From positions 248,001-312,000 of the forward strand of contig JADEYG010000003.1 of NCBI GenBank assembly GCA_016906335.1: DNA of 64,000 nt. Reading direction: 5' to 3'. Made by a program: the position numbers and the translations under genes. A model generated the notes under the pieces. That model made no database searches. It had not been told where the DNA came from and saw only the letters and a list, made by a program, of their open reading frames with translations. Source of the stretch: Novakomyces olei (Eukaryota). Positions 51,604-64,000 of this stretch are shown piece by piece (positions within the stretch are counted from its first letter, which is position 1; each line of letters begins with the position of its first letter).

Positions 51604-51694
51604 TGGAGAGGACAGTTAGTGCCGGCAACTTTCTCCACACAGTCTTGTTCAGGCAGCGTCCAGCAGGGATCGTAGGTGGCCGCAAGACTAATTT

Positions 51695-51754
51695 ATTATA
51701 TTATATTATATTATATTATATTATATTATATTATATTATATTATATTATATTAT
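51695..51754. repeat. (TTATA)n microsatellite
   Basis: About 12 copies visible. Confidence 0.9.
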
Positions 51755-51841
51755 TTAAGTACAAATCAAAGGCAAAAGAAGCGTTAGCGTTCGGTGCCGA
51801 CGATAGCAAACCAGCGTGTCGCGCCAAATCGCTTGAGCAGA

Positions 51842-52625
51842 ATGGACCGCAACGATGCCAATTCGCTGGTGTTTACTACGCTTGGATCTTTAGGCGCTTG
51901 CCTGGACAGTATACTTTGTTGCACGGCTCCCTGATTAATGCTTTACAGAAAAATTAGTATGCGTTTTGCGAGACGGGCGGAAACTTATCGGTGTACTGCG
52001 GTCGTTTGACCAGTTTGGTATTGCATAATTTGGCTGCGAATCTAACGGCAGCAAATTTAATTTTACAAGACACGATTGAGCGAGTCTATGCCGATACTGT
52101 ATACGGAGATATCCCACGTGGAATTTTCCTCGTTCGTGGAGAAAACGTCGTTTTACTCGGCGAGATTGTATCCCTCTTCCAATCGATTTTTTTTGACAAT
52201 TTTATCAATCTGCTCCGTTTGCACCAGTCTTTGACTTTGTTTATTCTGCCATTTACTACAGTTTTCATTATAGAGCTTTCATCATGGGGCCGCTGTGTAT
52301 TACTTTTTGGCTCTGTCGTTTTTGACTCTGTCGTTTTGGATAACTCCTTTTCGTATGGTCTAGACGTGCATCGCTCGGCTTCCTCTCCCATTGCAACTTA
52401 AACTGACCTGCCAGGACCTTGATCGGGAAGATAACGTCCCACTAACCAAAGTGTCGGTGGAAGAAGCATTTGCGCGGCAAAAGGAGATTAAAGACATACA
52501 GAAACGGCTTGCACAAAAGAAAAACGCTAAATTATATCGGCTGGGTAAGCAAACTAATTGAAAGCCATCGTACTGACAAGGCAGGATTCAGTACGGATTT
52601 TGATGAAGATGAACTTTTGAGCTAA
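51842..52625 (+). CDS. LSM1: Sm-like protein Lsm1
   Basis: Four-intron model: [39 protein letters not shown]...RGIFLVRGENVVLLGEIDLDRED. Confidence 0.94.
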
Positions 52626-52950
52626 ACAAGGCTATCTTGTGATTAATTGTCGGATTAGGCTCTATGAAATGATTAGGGTCGAGTAGCAAATGGCACATTG
52701 GAGCATTACTGTGCGCATTTTCTGTTGGACCCAGTATTCTACATGCACAAGAGTAATATAACATTAGTATTATGGTATATAGTAAAAGATTAACAGAAAA
52801 GCTTTTTACATTGCGAATCCAGCAAAGAATTTGTACATATTACTATGATCGAATTGAAAGTTTGTAATGCAGTCACAGTAGTGCTTTATTATAATACAAA
52901 TCATGAGTACACCAAAAGTCTAACAATAATAATAATAATTCTAAATTGGT

Positions 52951-54010
52951 CTAATTTTCATCAATGCAAAAATGCTCATCAATACACTCGACAGACCACG
53001 CGAGCAAACGGTCAAGAGTAGTGTCGACTTGCGGGAATATCGAGATTGTATCACGATATTTCGGAACCAGTCCGCCATTGACGTCACCATTTTGGAAAAG
53101 ATAATTGTGTGATTCAATGTACGACGGCCAAACAATTCGATCAAAGTACCCTGGAGGATCTTGCCAGAAACCTGTATCATCAGCAAATGGAGATCATAAT
53201 AATATAGAGATCAAGACAGATAGAGGCCGAGTAATGAATAAAAAATCAAAAATCAAAAATCAAATTTCCAAAAATTCAAAAAGCAAAAGTATCAAAAAGC
53301 AATGAACAAACAAAAGCATACCATCTATTGTGACGTATCCCGAACGTGCTTCTCGTCGCTCCTTCAGCTTGGCATAAGAGCTGCGCACTAGTATTCTGAC
53401 ATCGTAGAACGATAAAAACTTTTGGTTTCCAAACAGCATAAAGCCGTCGACAAAAACGAGCCGTAAAGGTGACGGTAACATTTCATGTTGCTTTTGAAGT
53501 TTTTCTAATAAACTTGAATCCACGTCGACAGGTCCTCGATCATTTTGATCTTCCTTAGAATTCAAATTCGGCGGAAGTCTCCCATGCTCCTTCACGTACA
53601 CTAAAGCCTGTTCGAACGCGTCCCAATCAATGGCCTCTGGACAGTCCCAATTGGCGATGCCTAATATTTAACAATGGGTTAAAAGCAACTTTGCATCTAT
53701 ACCATCGCGTTCAGGTATATCCTTGTCTGGCTGAAAGGTTAGAGCATTGTATACAGGGATAGTTTAACAAATTGACAAACCCAGCGCCCATTTGCCACAT
53801 CACCTACCTTGTAAAAATCGTCTTGGTGAAGGATAGAGCTGCCAGGATAAATTGACCGCAAAAGACGGCTTATAGTCTAAAAAACATAAGACAGTACCCA
53901 CAAAGCCGGGCACTCACAGATTTTCCGGACGACGATGGGCCGCTACGCTATTAGACGGTCAAATTGAAAAGCAGTGCACTGTACCTTATACCGACCACTC
54001 CATATCGCAT
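52951..54010 (-). CDS. NRK1: Nicotinamide riboside kinase
   Basis: Five-intron model: VGISGPSSSGKST, HQDDFYK, NWDCPEAID, VDGFMLF, RREARSGYVTIDGFWQDPPGYFDRIVWPSY. Confidence 0.9.
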
Positions 54011-54391
54011 TGTACTCGTCTGAGTACTGATCGGTACTTTTCGCCGTCAACTCCGTATTTCGCCAGATAAGAACGAAATGCTATTCGAAATTAACCATTT
54101 AATTAATTGATTAAATTAATTAGTTGATTGTTTATCTGATTAATTAATCAATTATATTTACTGCCAGTATCATATTATATCAGCGATATGCTTACTTGGC
54201 AATCGATCTGAACTGCAAGAATTACAAAATAATGGTGTTGGCGTCGGCAAAAACCTATCGAATTACACTAGTCTTGTATCAAAATATACTGCTCTTGTAG
54301 CTTATCGTAAATAACTTCAAAATATACGTTCATATGGCAATAATCGACCACAACAATAGAATTTGCATTAATTAGAGACACAGTTTAATAG

Positions 54392-54487
54392 AGTCAGATT
54401 AATATTAGGGTCAGATTAATATTAGATTGAGATTAACATTAGAGTGAGATTAATATTAGGGTCAGATTAATATTAAGGTCAGATTAA
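54392..54487. repeat. 17-bp tandem repeat (GTCAGATTAATATTAGG)x~6 upstream of the ALDH gene
   Basis: Diverged copies visible, each built on the ATTAATATTA core. Confidence 0.8.
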
Positions 54488-54627
54488 TTTGGTTTCGCCG
54501 ACCAAATTATGTAACGATTAACTCATAGTGACAGGCCTATGACGTTTGCGACAGGCAGCAATGTATAAAAGCACAGACGGCCGCATCGAAATGGCAGACA
54601 GCTCAAGCACAAAACAGACAAGCGGCA

Positions 54628-56106
54628 ATGAGCACACAGACAATTACACTGCCAAACGGCGTCAAGTACGAGCAGCCGCTGGGCATATATATAAATGGCA
54701 AATTTATCGATGGCAAGGACAAGATTGAAGTGAGGAACCCGAGCACGGACGCAGTTATATGCAATATAACTGGTGGCGATGCCGCTGACGTTGACTCGGC
54801 CGTGAAAGCGGCACGTGCTGCTTTCCACAGGAAAGCTCCGTGGCGGAACACGAGCGGATCAGAGCGGGGCAAGTTCCTGTCGCGTATTGCAGATCTTATT
54901 GAAGAAAACTCGGAGACGATTGCGAGCATTGAGACGGCGGACAATGGCAAAGCCATCTCCATTGCCCGCGGGGATGTCGGCTTTGCCGCCTCCGTCTTCC
55001 GATACTACGCGGGATGGTCGGACAAAAACGTGGGCCAGTCAATTGACAGCGAACCCAACAGGTTCGCTTATACCCGACACGAGCCTGTCGGCGTTTGTGG
55101 ACAGATTATTCCCTGGAATTTTCCGATCGTCATGTTCTCCTGGAAGATTGCTCCCGCCCTGGCTACGGGTAACACGGTTGTGCTTAAATCCGCGGAAATG
55201 ACGCCTCTGAGTGCGCTGTACGTGACCCAACTGATCCATACTGTCGGCCTGCCGCCGGGAGTGCTCAATGTCGTCTCTGGTTATGGGCCCACTGTGGGCA
55301 AAGCAGTTACAGAACACCCTGACATTGATAAAGTGGCCTTTACCGGGTCGACTGCTACCGGCCGGGCCATTGTGAAGGCTTCAGCTGCAAGTAACTTGAA
55401 ACGTATAACCCTCGAACTCGGAGGCAAATCTCCAAATATTATTTTCGAAGACGCGGACCTGGACGATGCTGTTAAATGGGCAAATATCGGTATCTTTGCA
55501 AACCAGGGCCAAAATTGTTGCGCTGGCAGTCGGCTGTTCGTTCACGAATCCATTTACGAAAAGTTTTTGCCTAAATTCTTGGAAAAGGTTAAGCAAAACA
55601 AACTGGGCGACCCATACGACGCAGACACTTTCCAAGGCGCTATTACCTCCAAGCAGCAAATGCAGAAAATTTTAGAGTATATTGAAAAGGGCAAAAAGCA
55701 AGGTGCAACAGTGGACGTTGGAGGCTCACAAGCGAAAGGTCAGGGCTATTTCGTTCAGCCCACAGTCTTCTCTGACGTGGACAAAGACATGTCGATTGTG
55801 CGTGATGAGATCTTTGGGCCTGTCGTTGTTATACAAAAGTTCAAGGACGTTGATGATGTTCTGGACCAGGCTAATGATACTAGTTATGGCTTGGCTGGTG
55901 CTGTTCATACTAAAGACGTGCAGCGTGCAATGTACGTTGCCCACAATTTGGACGCGGGTACAGTATGGGTAAACTGCTACAATTCTATCCATCATACCAC
56001 GCCTTTTGGCGGCTTTAAACAAAGCGGCTGGTCTCGCGAATTGGGCAGCTATGCGCTCATGAATTACACTGAAGTCAAGACAGTTGCGTATAATATGGGG
56101 ATGTAA
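54628..56106 (+). CDS. Aldehyde dehydrogenase (class 1/2, no presequence)
   Basis: Intronless 492 aa; GQIIPWNFP, AFTGSTATG, LELGGKSP, NQGQNCCAGSR, EIFGPV. Confidence 0.95.
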   Translation: MSTQTITLPNGVKYEQPLGIYINGKFIDGKDKIEVRNPSTDAVICNITGGDAADVDSAVKAARAAFHRKAPWRNTSGSERGKFLSRIADLIEENSETIASIETADNGKAISIARGDVGFAASVFRYYAGWSDKNVGQSIDSEPNRFAYTRHEPVGVCGQIIPWNFPIVMFSWKIAPALATGNTVVLKSAEMTPLSALYVTQLIHTVGLPPGVLNVVSGYGPTVGKAVTEHPDIDKVAFTGSTATGRAIVKASAASNLKRITLELGGKSPNIIFEDADLDDAVKWANIGIFANQGQNCCAGSRLFVHESIYEKFLPKFLEKVKQNKLGDPYDADTFQGAITSKQQMQKILEYIEKGKKQGATVDVGGSQAKGQGYFVQPTVFSDVDKDMSIVRDEIFGPVVVIQKFKDVDDVLDQANDTSYGLAGAVHTKDVQRAMYVAHNLDAGTVWVNCYNSIHHTTPFGGFKQSGWSRELGSYALMNYTEVKTVAYNMGM

Positions 56107-56439
56107 AACGTTATGATTTCGTTTGAAAATTGATGACTTTAATGATTCGATTGGTGGTTTGATTAGTTAGGATTAAATTTAAAATATTTAGACAACAATT
56201 TGCGTTTGATACATCATAGTTGAGGTGTAGTGCTCAAGCATAGTGTATACAGTCTACAGAAAGGCATTTAACTCGGTTACGTGCTCAAGCTAACCTCGCG
56301 CGTTTAAAAACGATTACTTGCCAGATTAAAAAATAAAATTAAAACTAAGGTTTGCTTTAGGGTTAGGGTTTATATTAAGTTAATTAAGAATGGGTCTGGG
56401 TTAATTATGGTATATGTGCCGCGTGATTACCACACGAAA

Positions 56440-58022
56440 ATGACGACAATGTGGTACGGGCCAGAGCCTGTAGGGGGGCCTCCTACTTTTGAAGTCGATC
56501 AGTTTATGGCAAGTTACCAAACAAAAGACGCGAGTCCGGCTCCAAGATTTCTAATTGCCCGTCTGCTTCAGCTTGCACAGCTCTGTGATGCTCAAGAGCA
56601 TATTACTCGCGATGCGTACACTGCGAGTCTCGAACTGATCAGAGCCAATCTTCTTGATACCGACCTGTACCAGCGAACAATCGAGCAGTGGAACGAGCGC
56701 AGACCGGGTGATGGAGCTTTCCGCAGCTTTGATAGCGAATTTGTTCAGTCAAAGAAACAGAGAGCCAAGGAACTCGAGCAGAAATTGAGAGACGAACTAA
56801 AAGCTTACCGTAATAATTTGCTGCGAGAGTCGATTAGGGTATAGACGATTTACAGTTTGGGTTGGCTGCTATTTCCTTGCATGGCCTTTTTTGTTTTTAA
56901 TTTTTAATTTTTAATTTTATATATTTTATTTTATTTCGTTTTTCAAGCTAGTTTCTTTTTTGATCAATTTTGATTTGTGTTATCATGTATTCTCGTTCTA
57001 ACGTAAAGGTTGGCCAAGTGGAAATGGGAGATTTGTACTACAAAATCGGAGACTTTGTAGAATCGACACTAAGCTACGCACGGTCCATGGATTTTAATGT
57101 ATCGGAGGTTCAAGAATGGATTGTTAATCTGGCGATAGCGAAGAACTATATTTTAACAGCACAGTACAAAGTGGCCAAAGTCATTATTGAAAAACTATTG
57201 TTCCAGAAAGCTGGTCCATCTCCCGGCGCAGAAATTGCTTCGAAAAGGACAGTTGCCGAATTTCTCTATGCTCTTGTTTGCCTATGCTTACGTGATTATC
57301 ACAAAGCTGCCCGGCACTTTATTAATGCTTTTAGCGTGGGTAAATGTGTAGCTCCTGGAGCAGCTGACATACTTTCAGAGCACGATGTGTGCGTTTATAC
57401 TGGTTTAGCTCTGCTTGCCTCTTATTCACGGCAAGAGCTTTCGTCCTTGATGGAAGGCGGCAGTGAGCTCAATACAAAGGCTACTGGCTTACTGGAGAAC
57501 GAGCCGCCTATGAGGAGCTCTCTAAGAGCGTTTTACGATTCTCAATTTGCCGAAATGGCCCGTATTTTGTGCCAATACGGACCCGATTTCCGATATGATC
57601 TTTTCTTGGGCGACGTAGTGGATGACCTCTTCTCCAAGATTCGTCGCCGGTCTATAATACAGGCAGTTTTACCTTTTGAAAGGATCAGTTTTGATATGCT
57701 GGCCTCAAGTTTCAACGTACCCTCGGAAGCCATTGAAAAAGAAGTTTACGATATGATAAAGAGCAGGGAGCTACCTTTCCGGATAGACAAGGTTGCAAAT
57801 GTAAGTGTTAATATATTATATCAAATAATTATAGACTTCAATACAGTGTTTTATGCTAACGATTAGGATTTAGTTGGCCTGTCGGAAATTGAGCAGCAGG
57901 AACAATCTTACAATATGGCTCATACGATGGAAGGGTACGTGCATGACTCCCGACTAGTCTTGAATTATATGCAATTGGCTGCTTCCGGTATGCAGATAAA
58001 ACGGAATATACCCCTGGATTAA
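56440..58022 (+). CDS. CSN1: COP9 signalosome subunit 1
   Basis: ELKAYRNNLLRESIR|VGQVEMGDLYYKIGD; PCI domain region (IRRRSIIQAVLPFERISF...RID); two introns. An alternative ATG lies at 56407. Confidence 0.8.
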
Positions 58023-58035
58023 GTCGTGGTTGAAC

Positions 58036-58147
<112 letters not shown>

Positions 58148-58267
58148 TAATTAATTAGTTATTTAACAAAAAGGCATTTGTATAATTACAGATTATTAAA
58201 GTGTTTCAGTTCCAAACTAAATTTCATCATTAAATCGTTTGATCCATTCAATATGCTAAATTATAAA

Positions 58268-58980
58268 CTACGCTGTCTGCGCTTGACTAGTTTGCAATTT
58301 CTCTTGCAAGACTCTTGTGACCACTGGATAATTAGCAAAGGCCAGCCACATCAACTTACTTTGGCCTCCGCCCGCCTTTGTATTGATTATGTCTTCGAGC
58401 TTCCCGATACTCGTATCTAGAAATGCTACTTTATCCTTGTAGTATGTGATTGCATCGCTCGATGACTAGTCAATATTAGAAACAAATAAATCAGAAGAAA
58501 TAAAAAAATAAAATAGTATCAAATTGCAAAACAAAAAAACGCAAATTGCAAATCACAAATGCGTCAAACGTTGGAAGGAATTAAAGAATAAACTCGAGTA
58601 CTTTTAATACCTTCTCCACAAAGTAGCCCGTGCCAATATCAACAAGAACGGTGCCTTTCTCAGTATCCAAAGTTCCCGGAACGTACAAGCTGCTTGTTAA
58701 AGGAACCAAAATTTCTTGACCTACAAATTAGCTCAATATTGATTCGTAAAGATTACCATTTTGCCGAGGTGTTATTGTCTTTTCCACCGATAAACGGCAA
58801 TCCTCAAACTTTTGGCGCGCACTTCGCAATTTTGTGTAAGAGTCTGTGAGATGTTCTAATTCTTTCTCGATCTGCTTTCGCATTTGATCGAGCTGTTGAG
58901 GCTCGAGAGAAGTCAAATCAACTTGCAAGTTAGTTTCGTCTATCAGGCGACTTACGCTTCTTTGCCTGAGTGGACGCCAT
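58268..58980 (-). CDS. GIM5: Prefoldin subunit 5
   Basis: Four-intron model: [11 protein letters not shown]...[14 protein letters not shown]...[13 protein letters not shown]. Confidence 0.94.
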
Positions 58981-59007
58981 TTTGTATTATCGTTAGGCCT
59001 TGCGTCA

Positions 59008-59184
<177 letters not shown>

Positions 59185-59271
59185 TATCTTGCATACTAAT
59201 TAATTCAAGTTTTAATATTTATTAATATATACTAGGGTTATATACATCTATGCTTACAAAGGGTACACACT

Positions 59272-62200
59272 TTACATGTCAATCAAACTCGGCTGGTCCC
59301 GTTTCCCCGTCTCAATCAAGGTAAGCGGCCCCGGGGACCCTTCGCCGTCATCTAGCGTCTCCTTCACATACGTTAGCATGTAAGGATTAGCTGTGCTCCC
59401 CGTCAAATCAGCAAACACCTCCTCATCACTGACGCGTGTAACGTGCTCGTCATTGAACTTGAAGAAAACGTTGGCCTTGAAGTCGCGAATGTAAATCCAG
59501 TAATGCCCAAACTCTGCGGATCCACGGTGGATGAACACAGAGTGCAACACGTAACCCTGGCTCTTGTACTCGTCGTACTGGTGATCCAGCATTTCACGCA
59601 GCTCACCGATACGGCTGTTTAGCTTCTTGATTTCAGCAATAATCGCCTGTTTTCGATGCTTCAGGGCAACTTTTGTCGCCTCTGATACGTGCAGTGCCGA
59701 TGAAACTGACTCTAACCCATCAATCCAGTCCGTTGTTGCGTCAATGACGTCACAAATATTGGCGTTCGGTGGGCACAGCGTTTCCACACGTGACTCTAAA
59801 TCTTCCAACTCTTGTTTCCACTCCCACGCAACTCGTCGACGCTCACGTAAGGCCTCGTCGCCCGTGTCCAAGTAACGGTCCATGTACAAATTATTTCCAA
59901 ATTTCAGGTACGCGTTTGACTTGTAAACGCCACGCTGCCGATCAAATTGAGTGCGCTGGATCTGTATCTGTATTATGGGAGGCAGCCGTGTTATATACGC
60001 ATACTTGAGCTTTACAGAGTTGTCCAGCTCTACCGCAACCGGATCAAAGAGCAGATCTAGTGCACTGTAAAGGTCCCTACCTTCCCTCCCAATATTGACA
60101 ATCAGCTGGTTGTAGTACTCTGTCTTGACAGAGGGTTTAGCTGAAGCAGTAAACGATCTGCTCGCTTTTTCGCCAGGCGTGGGGGCAATAACCTGCTTTA
60201 TTTCCCCAGTGAAAAGGTCCTTGAGCACGTCCCATTGCTCTCCATTGGCATCAAAGTGTTTTGCCTTGAGTGCTGCAGAAAGCTGGAAAATTACATTGTC
60301 AATGCACTCACTCGCGTCCTGCTGCAGCCCGAAATTTGCATAAACGTCTTCCTGCTGAACGGGTTTAGCCGCGTCTTGATTGGCAGGTGCTTTAGCATCA
60401 GTGCCGGCGTCGTTTGTAGCGGGGTCTATACGCATCTGATCCACAGGCGTCTCTCCCATCTCTACAGCTGAATTTTCGGGTTCGCCATTATTCAATTTGT
60501 TTGCTTTTTCTATTCCATCTTTATTGTCTTCTTCTTCATTGTCTTTATTGTCTTCATTCTCTTCATGAATCTCTCCTTTTTTAATTCCCTCCTTACTTGT
60601 CTCTTCTTTATTCATTCCTCTCTCAAACCCATCTCGATCGCCGGCCTCATTTGCACTACCACCTCCAGTTTCTTGCAACGACAATTCATCGACTGAACTC
60701 GCATCTTTGACCGGCTCATCAATCTCCATGTCTAACAGACTCGCTCTTGAATCTGCCTTTTTAATCGGCGACAAGGATTCAGACGCTTGAGTGCTTTGGC
60801 CAGCTGATTCACGAGTATCAGGCTCGGGTTCTGGTTCTACTATTGCATCATCCGTATCGTCCCGCGCGCTGAAAAGCGCCAGTCTAGCAAGCTCCTTGGA
60901 CGGGCTTATCGACGCCTTCTCTGTCACCAACAGGTTGTGAAAAAGCAGTCGTAATTGCTGTACAAACTTCTTGGCTCTCTTGATTTCCTTGGGCAAAACT
61001 TTCCGGCCTCCTACACGCTTCTCATCCTCATCATTGGCGAGCAAAGTGGCGTCCTTCATATGCAAAACGAGGTCACGTACTGGTGTAATCGTAAAGTAAT
61101 ACTGCAGCAGAGAGTTCAAATAGCAGGTGTTGCCTATATTTTCCAACCCGATCGGAATCCCAGCGGTTGCTTTGGGCTTAGGCGCGTTTCTGTTGCCTGT
61201 TTGCAGATAGTTCAATATAACCGCGCTGTTTCTGGCCTCGCCAATTTTACGTAGAGCTTCTTGTAAAGCGTCTAAAGTATCAGGGGCTTCTTGCACACGA
61301 GCAGCGTACATTTCAATCAAAAAATCGTCACTGGCAGAATGGTTGTCAATCTTTAACCGTTTGAAAGCAGCGTCAACTGTTAGCTCATTGCTGTTGGGCT
61401 TTGGCAGAGAAAGAGTATTGCCTCCATCCAGCTCGAGCAGGGAATCATTGCCCAAAGAATCTGAAATTTTGGCCAAAGCCGCTGCTGGTTTCGGATCGCC
61501 TTCTTCCATGTCTGCCTGCCGGGCTATATACGCAGCATAGACAGTGGCCGGATCCTGATCTTTACCAACTCCCAGGTAGTTGTAAGCGTCATCAGCATTA
61601 TAAAACACTTGTGCAGTGTCCTGAAGATATTTTTTTATTGGTGAACTGTTCCGGGCATTTGCAATTACCTGGAAAGCAGCTCTGATCTTGAGCTCTTGGC
61701 CTTTCTGCTGCTCCATGAGTCGATCATAGAGCATAATGAGATCTTGGTCCGATTTGCCATTGTCCTCTGGAAGCCCTAGAAAGGCCAATGAGTCTGCTAA
61801 ATCAGACACGGTATAGAAGCCCTTTTCTTTCTCTTCCGATACTCGAATTCGCAAAATTTGGCTCGAGCGTAGCTTTGCAATTACATCCAGGGCTTCAAGA
61901 TAAATAGGAGCATTGGCCTTGTCAAACTGCACTTGAAGAGTATAAAAGACATTTACGACGGGGTCAGCTACGTCATAAGGCAGCCCAAGGCAGCAAAAAG
62001 CAGGGTGATCAAACAAGAGCGACCCGTCATCATCCCTCAAATGACTAGCGGAAGATTTTGCATTCTCCGTCCGCGGGTAATGAAAAGAATGTGTAATGAA
62101 TTTAAAAACTGGTGCCAAAGGCTTACAGGCAAAAGAAAACAAAACCTTTTTGTCTGCCTCTAGTGCAGTGTTTCGAGCGACGCAGGAAAGCACGGAGAGC

Positions 62201-63128
62201 TCGACTACTGCCTTCTCCAGATTACGTCTGACCTGCATGTCCTTGAGAGCTTCAACAGGTGGATAAAACCGTGAAGACTCCTTGTCGTAACGGAAATAAA
62301 GCAGTCCCATAATCTCGATAATCTCGGGTTCCAGCCCGACTTTCTTGGAAAAGAGTTGTCCAGCTGTCGCGTTTATTGTCCGATCTTCATCTTTGTTTAA
62401 AACATTGAACGCATAAGTTCGCAGAAACGAAAAAGTAGTATACGCAGTAGGCGCCTCCGAGTTCCCCCACAGTGGACCTCGTCGTAATTTCCATACCCTG
62501 TTTATTAAATAGTCTGGTAGGTAAGCCGGCTCCAGAGTCAGGGTAAGAGTCGCTCCCATCGTCACACCTTGGAACCGGAAAATCTGCTGCAAAGGACTTT
62601 TCTGCTCATTGTTTTGATCATTTTTAATTTCATTGGTTTTAATTTCATTTATTTTCGCTTCATTGTTTTCCAATTCACTATTGGTGCCATTGCCAGACAC
62701 TTGCTCATCTTCCAGGGCCAAGCGAAACAGTTCAAGGGCATTGCTGCTGCCTGCCGCATCCAGTCCATCGTCTCCGGCAATCAGACTCTCCGAGTATTCG
62801 ATGTGCAGATGAAGACGGGTCGTTGAGCAGATCCCCCAAACACTGTGGGGGTCGCTTTGGTCGGGATCGGCTGATACAAACGTATGTCGGCGATCGATCG
62901 TGCTCCACGGATTGGCCCGTCTCAGAGTCGAGCTGCCAAACTCGTGCCGTTCCAGCAGATAGTATATATAAGGTGCACTCTAACAACGCGCTCCTTCTGC
63001 TCGTGGAACAGACCGCCCGGCTGCCCACGAAAAGAAGGCAGTAGATGGATTAGTTTTGCATTTACTCAGGTCATTCATACTTTTCCAGCTTCAAGGTTCT
63101 GTATTCTCGTCTTTGTGACCTCGTCCAT
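59272..63128 (-). CDS. UBP2: Ubiquitin C-terminal hydrolase Ubp2, ~1251 aa
   Basis: Exon 1 63128-63081 (MDEVTKTRIQNLEAGK), intron 63080-62980. Cys box GLENIGNTCYLNSLLQ, QQDASEC, His box HRGSAEFGHYWIYI, and three repeated helical (AY..LG-type) units. Confidence 0.92.
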
Positions 63129-63636
63129 GCCTGAATGGCACAATCGTGGTCGAACGAGGACAAAGTCTGGGCGAGTGCCAATTAAGCTCACTGCATCAGA
63201 TCGGTCGTGCCGTGTACGCACCTGTGTACGAGCACATACGTAAACCTGATTATGGGATAATCGGATTATTCAAATGTGGCGATACGCAGACGGGCCCCGT
63301 CTGCGTATCGACTAAAAGTTGGTAATTACTGATACTGTAGTAGATGAATAATAATACAAGAATATAAAATACAAGAATAATAGAAGAATAGAAGAATAAT
63401 ACACTAATAACACAGTAATAATATGCTTACAAGGAAAAAAGAATAATACATTAACAAGAATAATAAGGATAATACTTGAATAATACAAGAATAATACGAA
63501 TAATAAGAATAACATACAACCCGAGCAAAATTGTGTGACCCGATTGGCTGCAAGAGCGGTTTACACAATTGGGGTCGTTGAACTCGAGCACGGATCTCTG
63601 CTGGTTCATACATTTTAAAGACTTTTTACGAAAACA

Positions 63637-64000
63637 ATGCTTTCACTCGAGCGGCCGTCGCACTATGAAGGCCGCGACACGCTGCTCGAGACAATTGACG
63701 GCACGTACGGAGGCGCAAAGATTGGACTAGGCGTTGGTCTAGTGCATGCATTAATTGCGCAAAAGCCAATGCTGCGTCCCGTTGGCAATGCCGTTAGTCT
63801 TTTTGGTATAAGACTGCTTTTATTGCTTTATAGTCTGCTAACGCATCCGGGTCAGCCGCCGCGTTTGGTGCCTTTGCTCTAGGCGAAGGTCTATCTGCGA
63901 ATATCCGTCGCTCTGACGATGCTTATAATGCTGCAGTGGGAGGTGCTTTGGCGGGAGCTGCTGCAGGAGCTTTAAAATGTGAGTTTTCTTTTATTCTGTT
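63637..64000 (+). CDS. Complex I accessory subunit NDUFA11/NUJM-like (Tim17 family), partial
   Basis: YEGRDTL...AVSLF|AAAFGAFALGEGLSANIRRSDDAYNAAVGGALAGAAAGALK; the next intron (GTGAGT) runs off the window edge. Confidence 0.7.

Overview
Gene-dense window from an intron-rich ascomycete yeast-like fungus. It has many 34-60 nt introns, a complex I subunit, CSN1 and AT-rich microsatellite-filled intergenic DNA. About 29 protein-coding genes can be modelled by hand-splicing: GDH2 (partial), RAD21/MCD1, CENP-Q-like, RPT1, SNX3, SRM1/RCC1, YRA1, PUT1, a Zn2Cys6 factor, a PPR protein, LPX1-like, MIA40, GLC3, ATP2, MCX1, TMEM223-like, NuiA-like, KRE6/SKN1, QRI7, PRP46, LSM1, NRK1, an ALDH, CSN1, GIM5, UBP2 and NDUFA11-like (partial). 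No tRNA, rRNA, transposon or CRISPR was recognised. Highlights: (1) three ORFs splice in frame into a giant ~1812-aa Mia40 with AT-hook-like motifs before its transmembrane helix and dehydrin/LEA-like repeats after it; (2) an intronless homologue of the cyanobacterial nuclease inhibitor NuiA; (3) a divergent PUT1/Zn2Cys6 pair with an exact Put3-type site and a GATA cluster; (4) an RNA hairpin in the UBP2 intron that hides decoy AG acceptors; (5) unusually permissive splice signals and recurring TTAGGG promoter motifs. All family assignments are by motif recognition from memory; no database searches were run.
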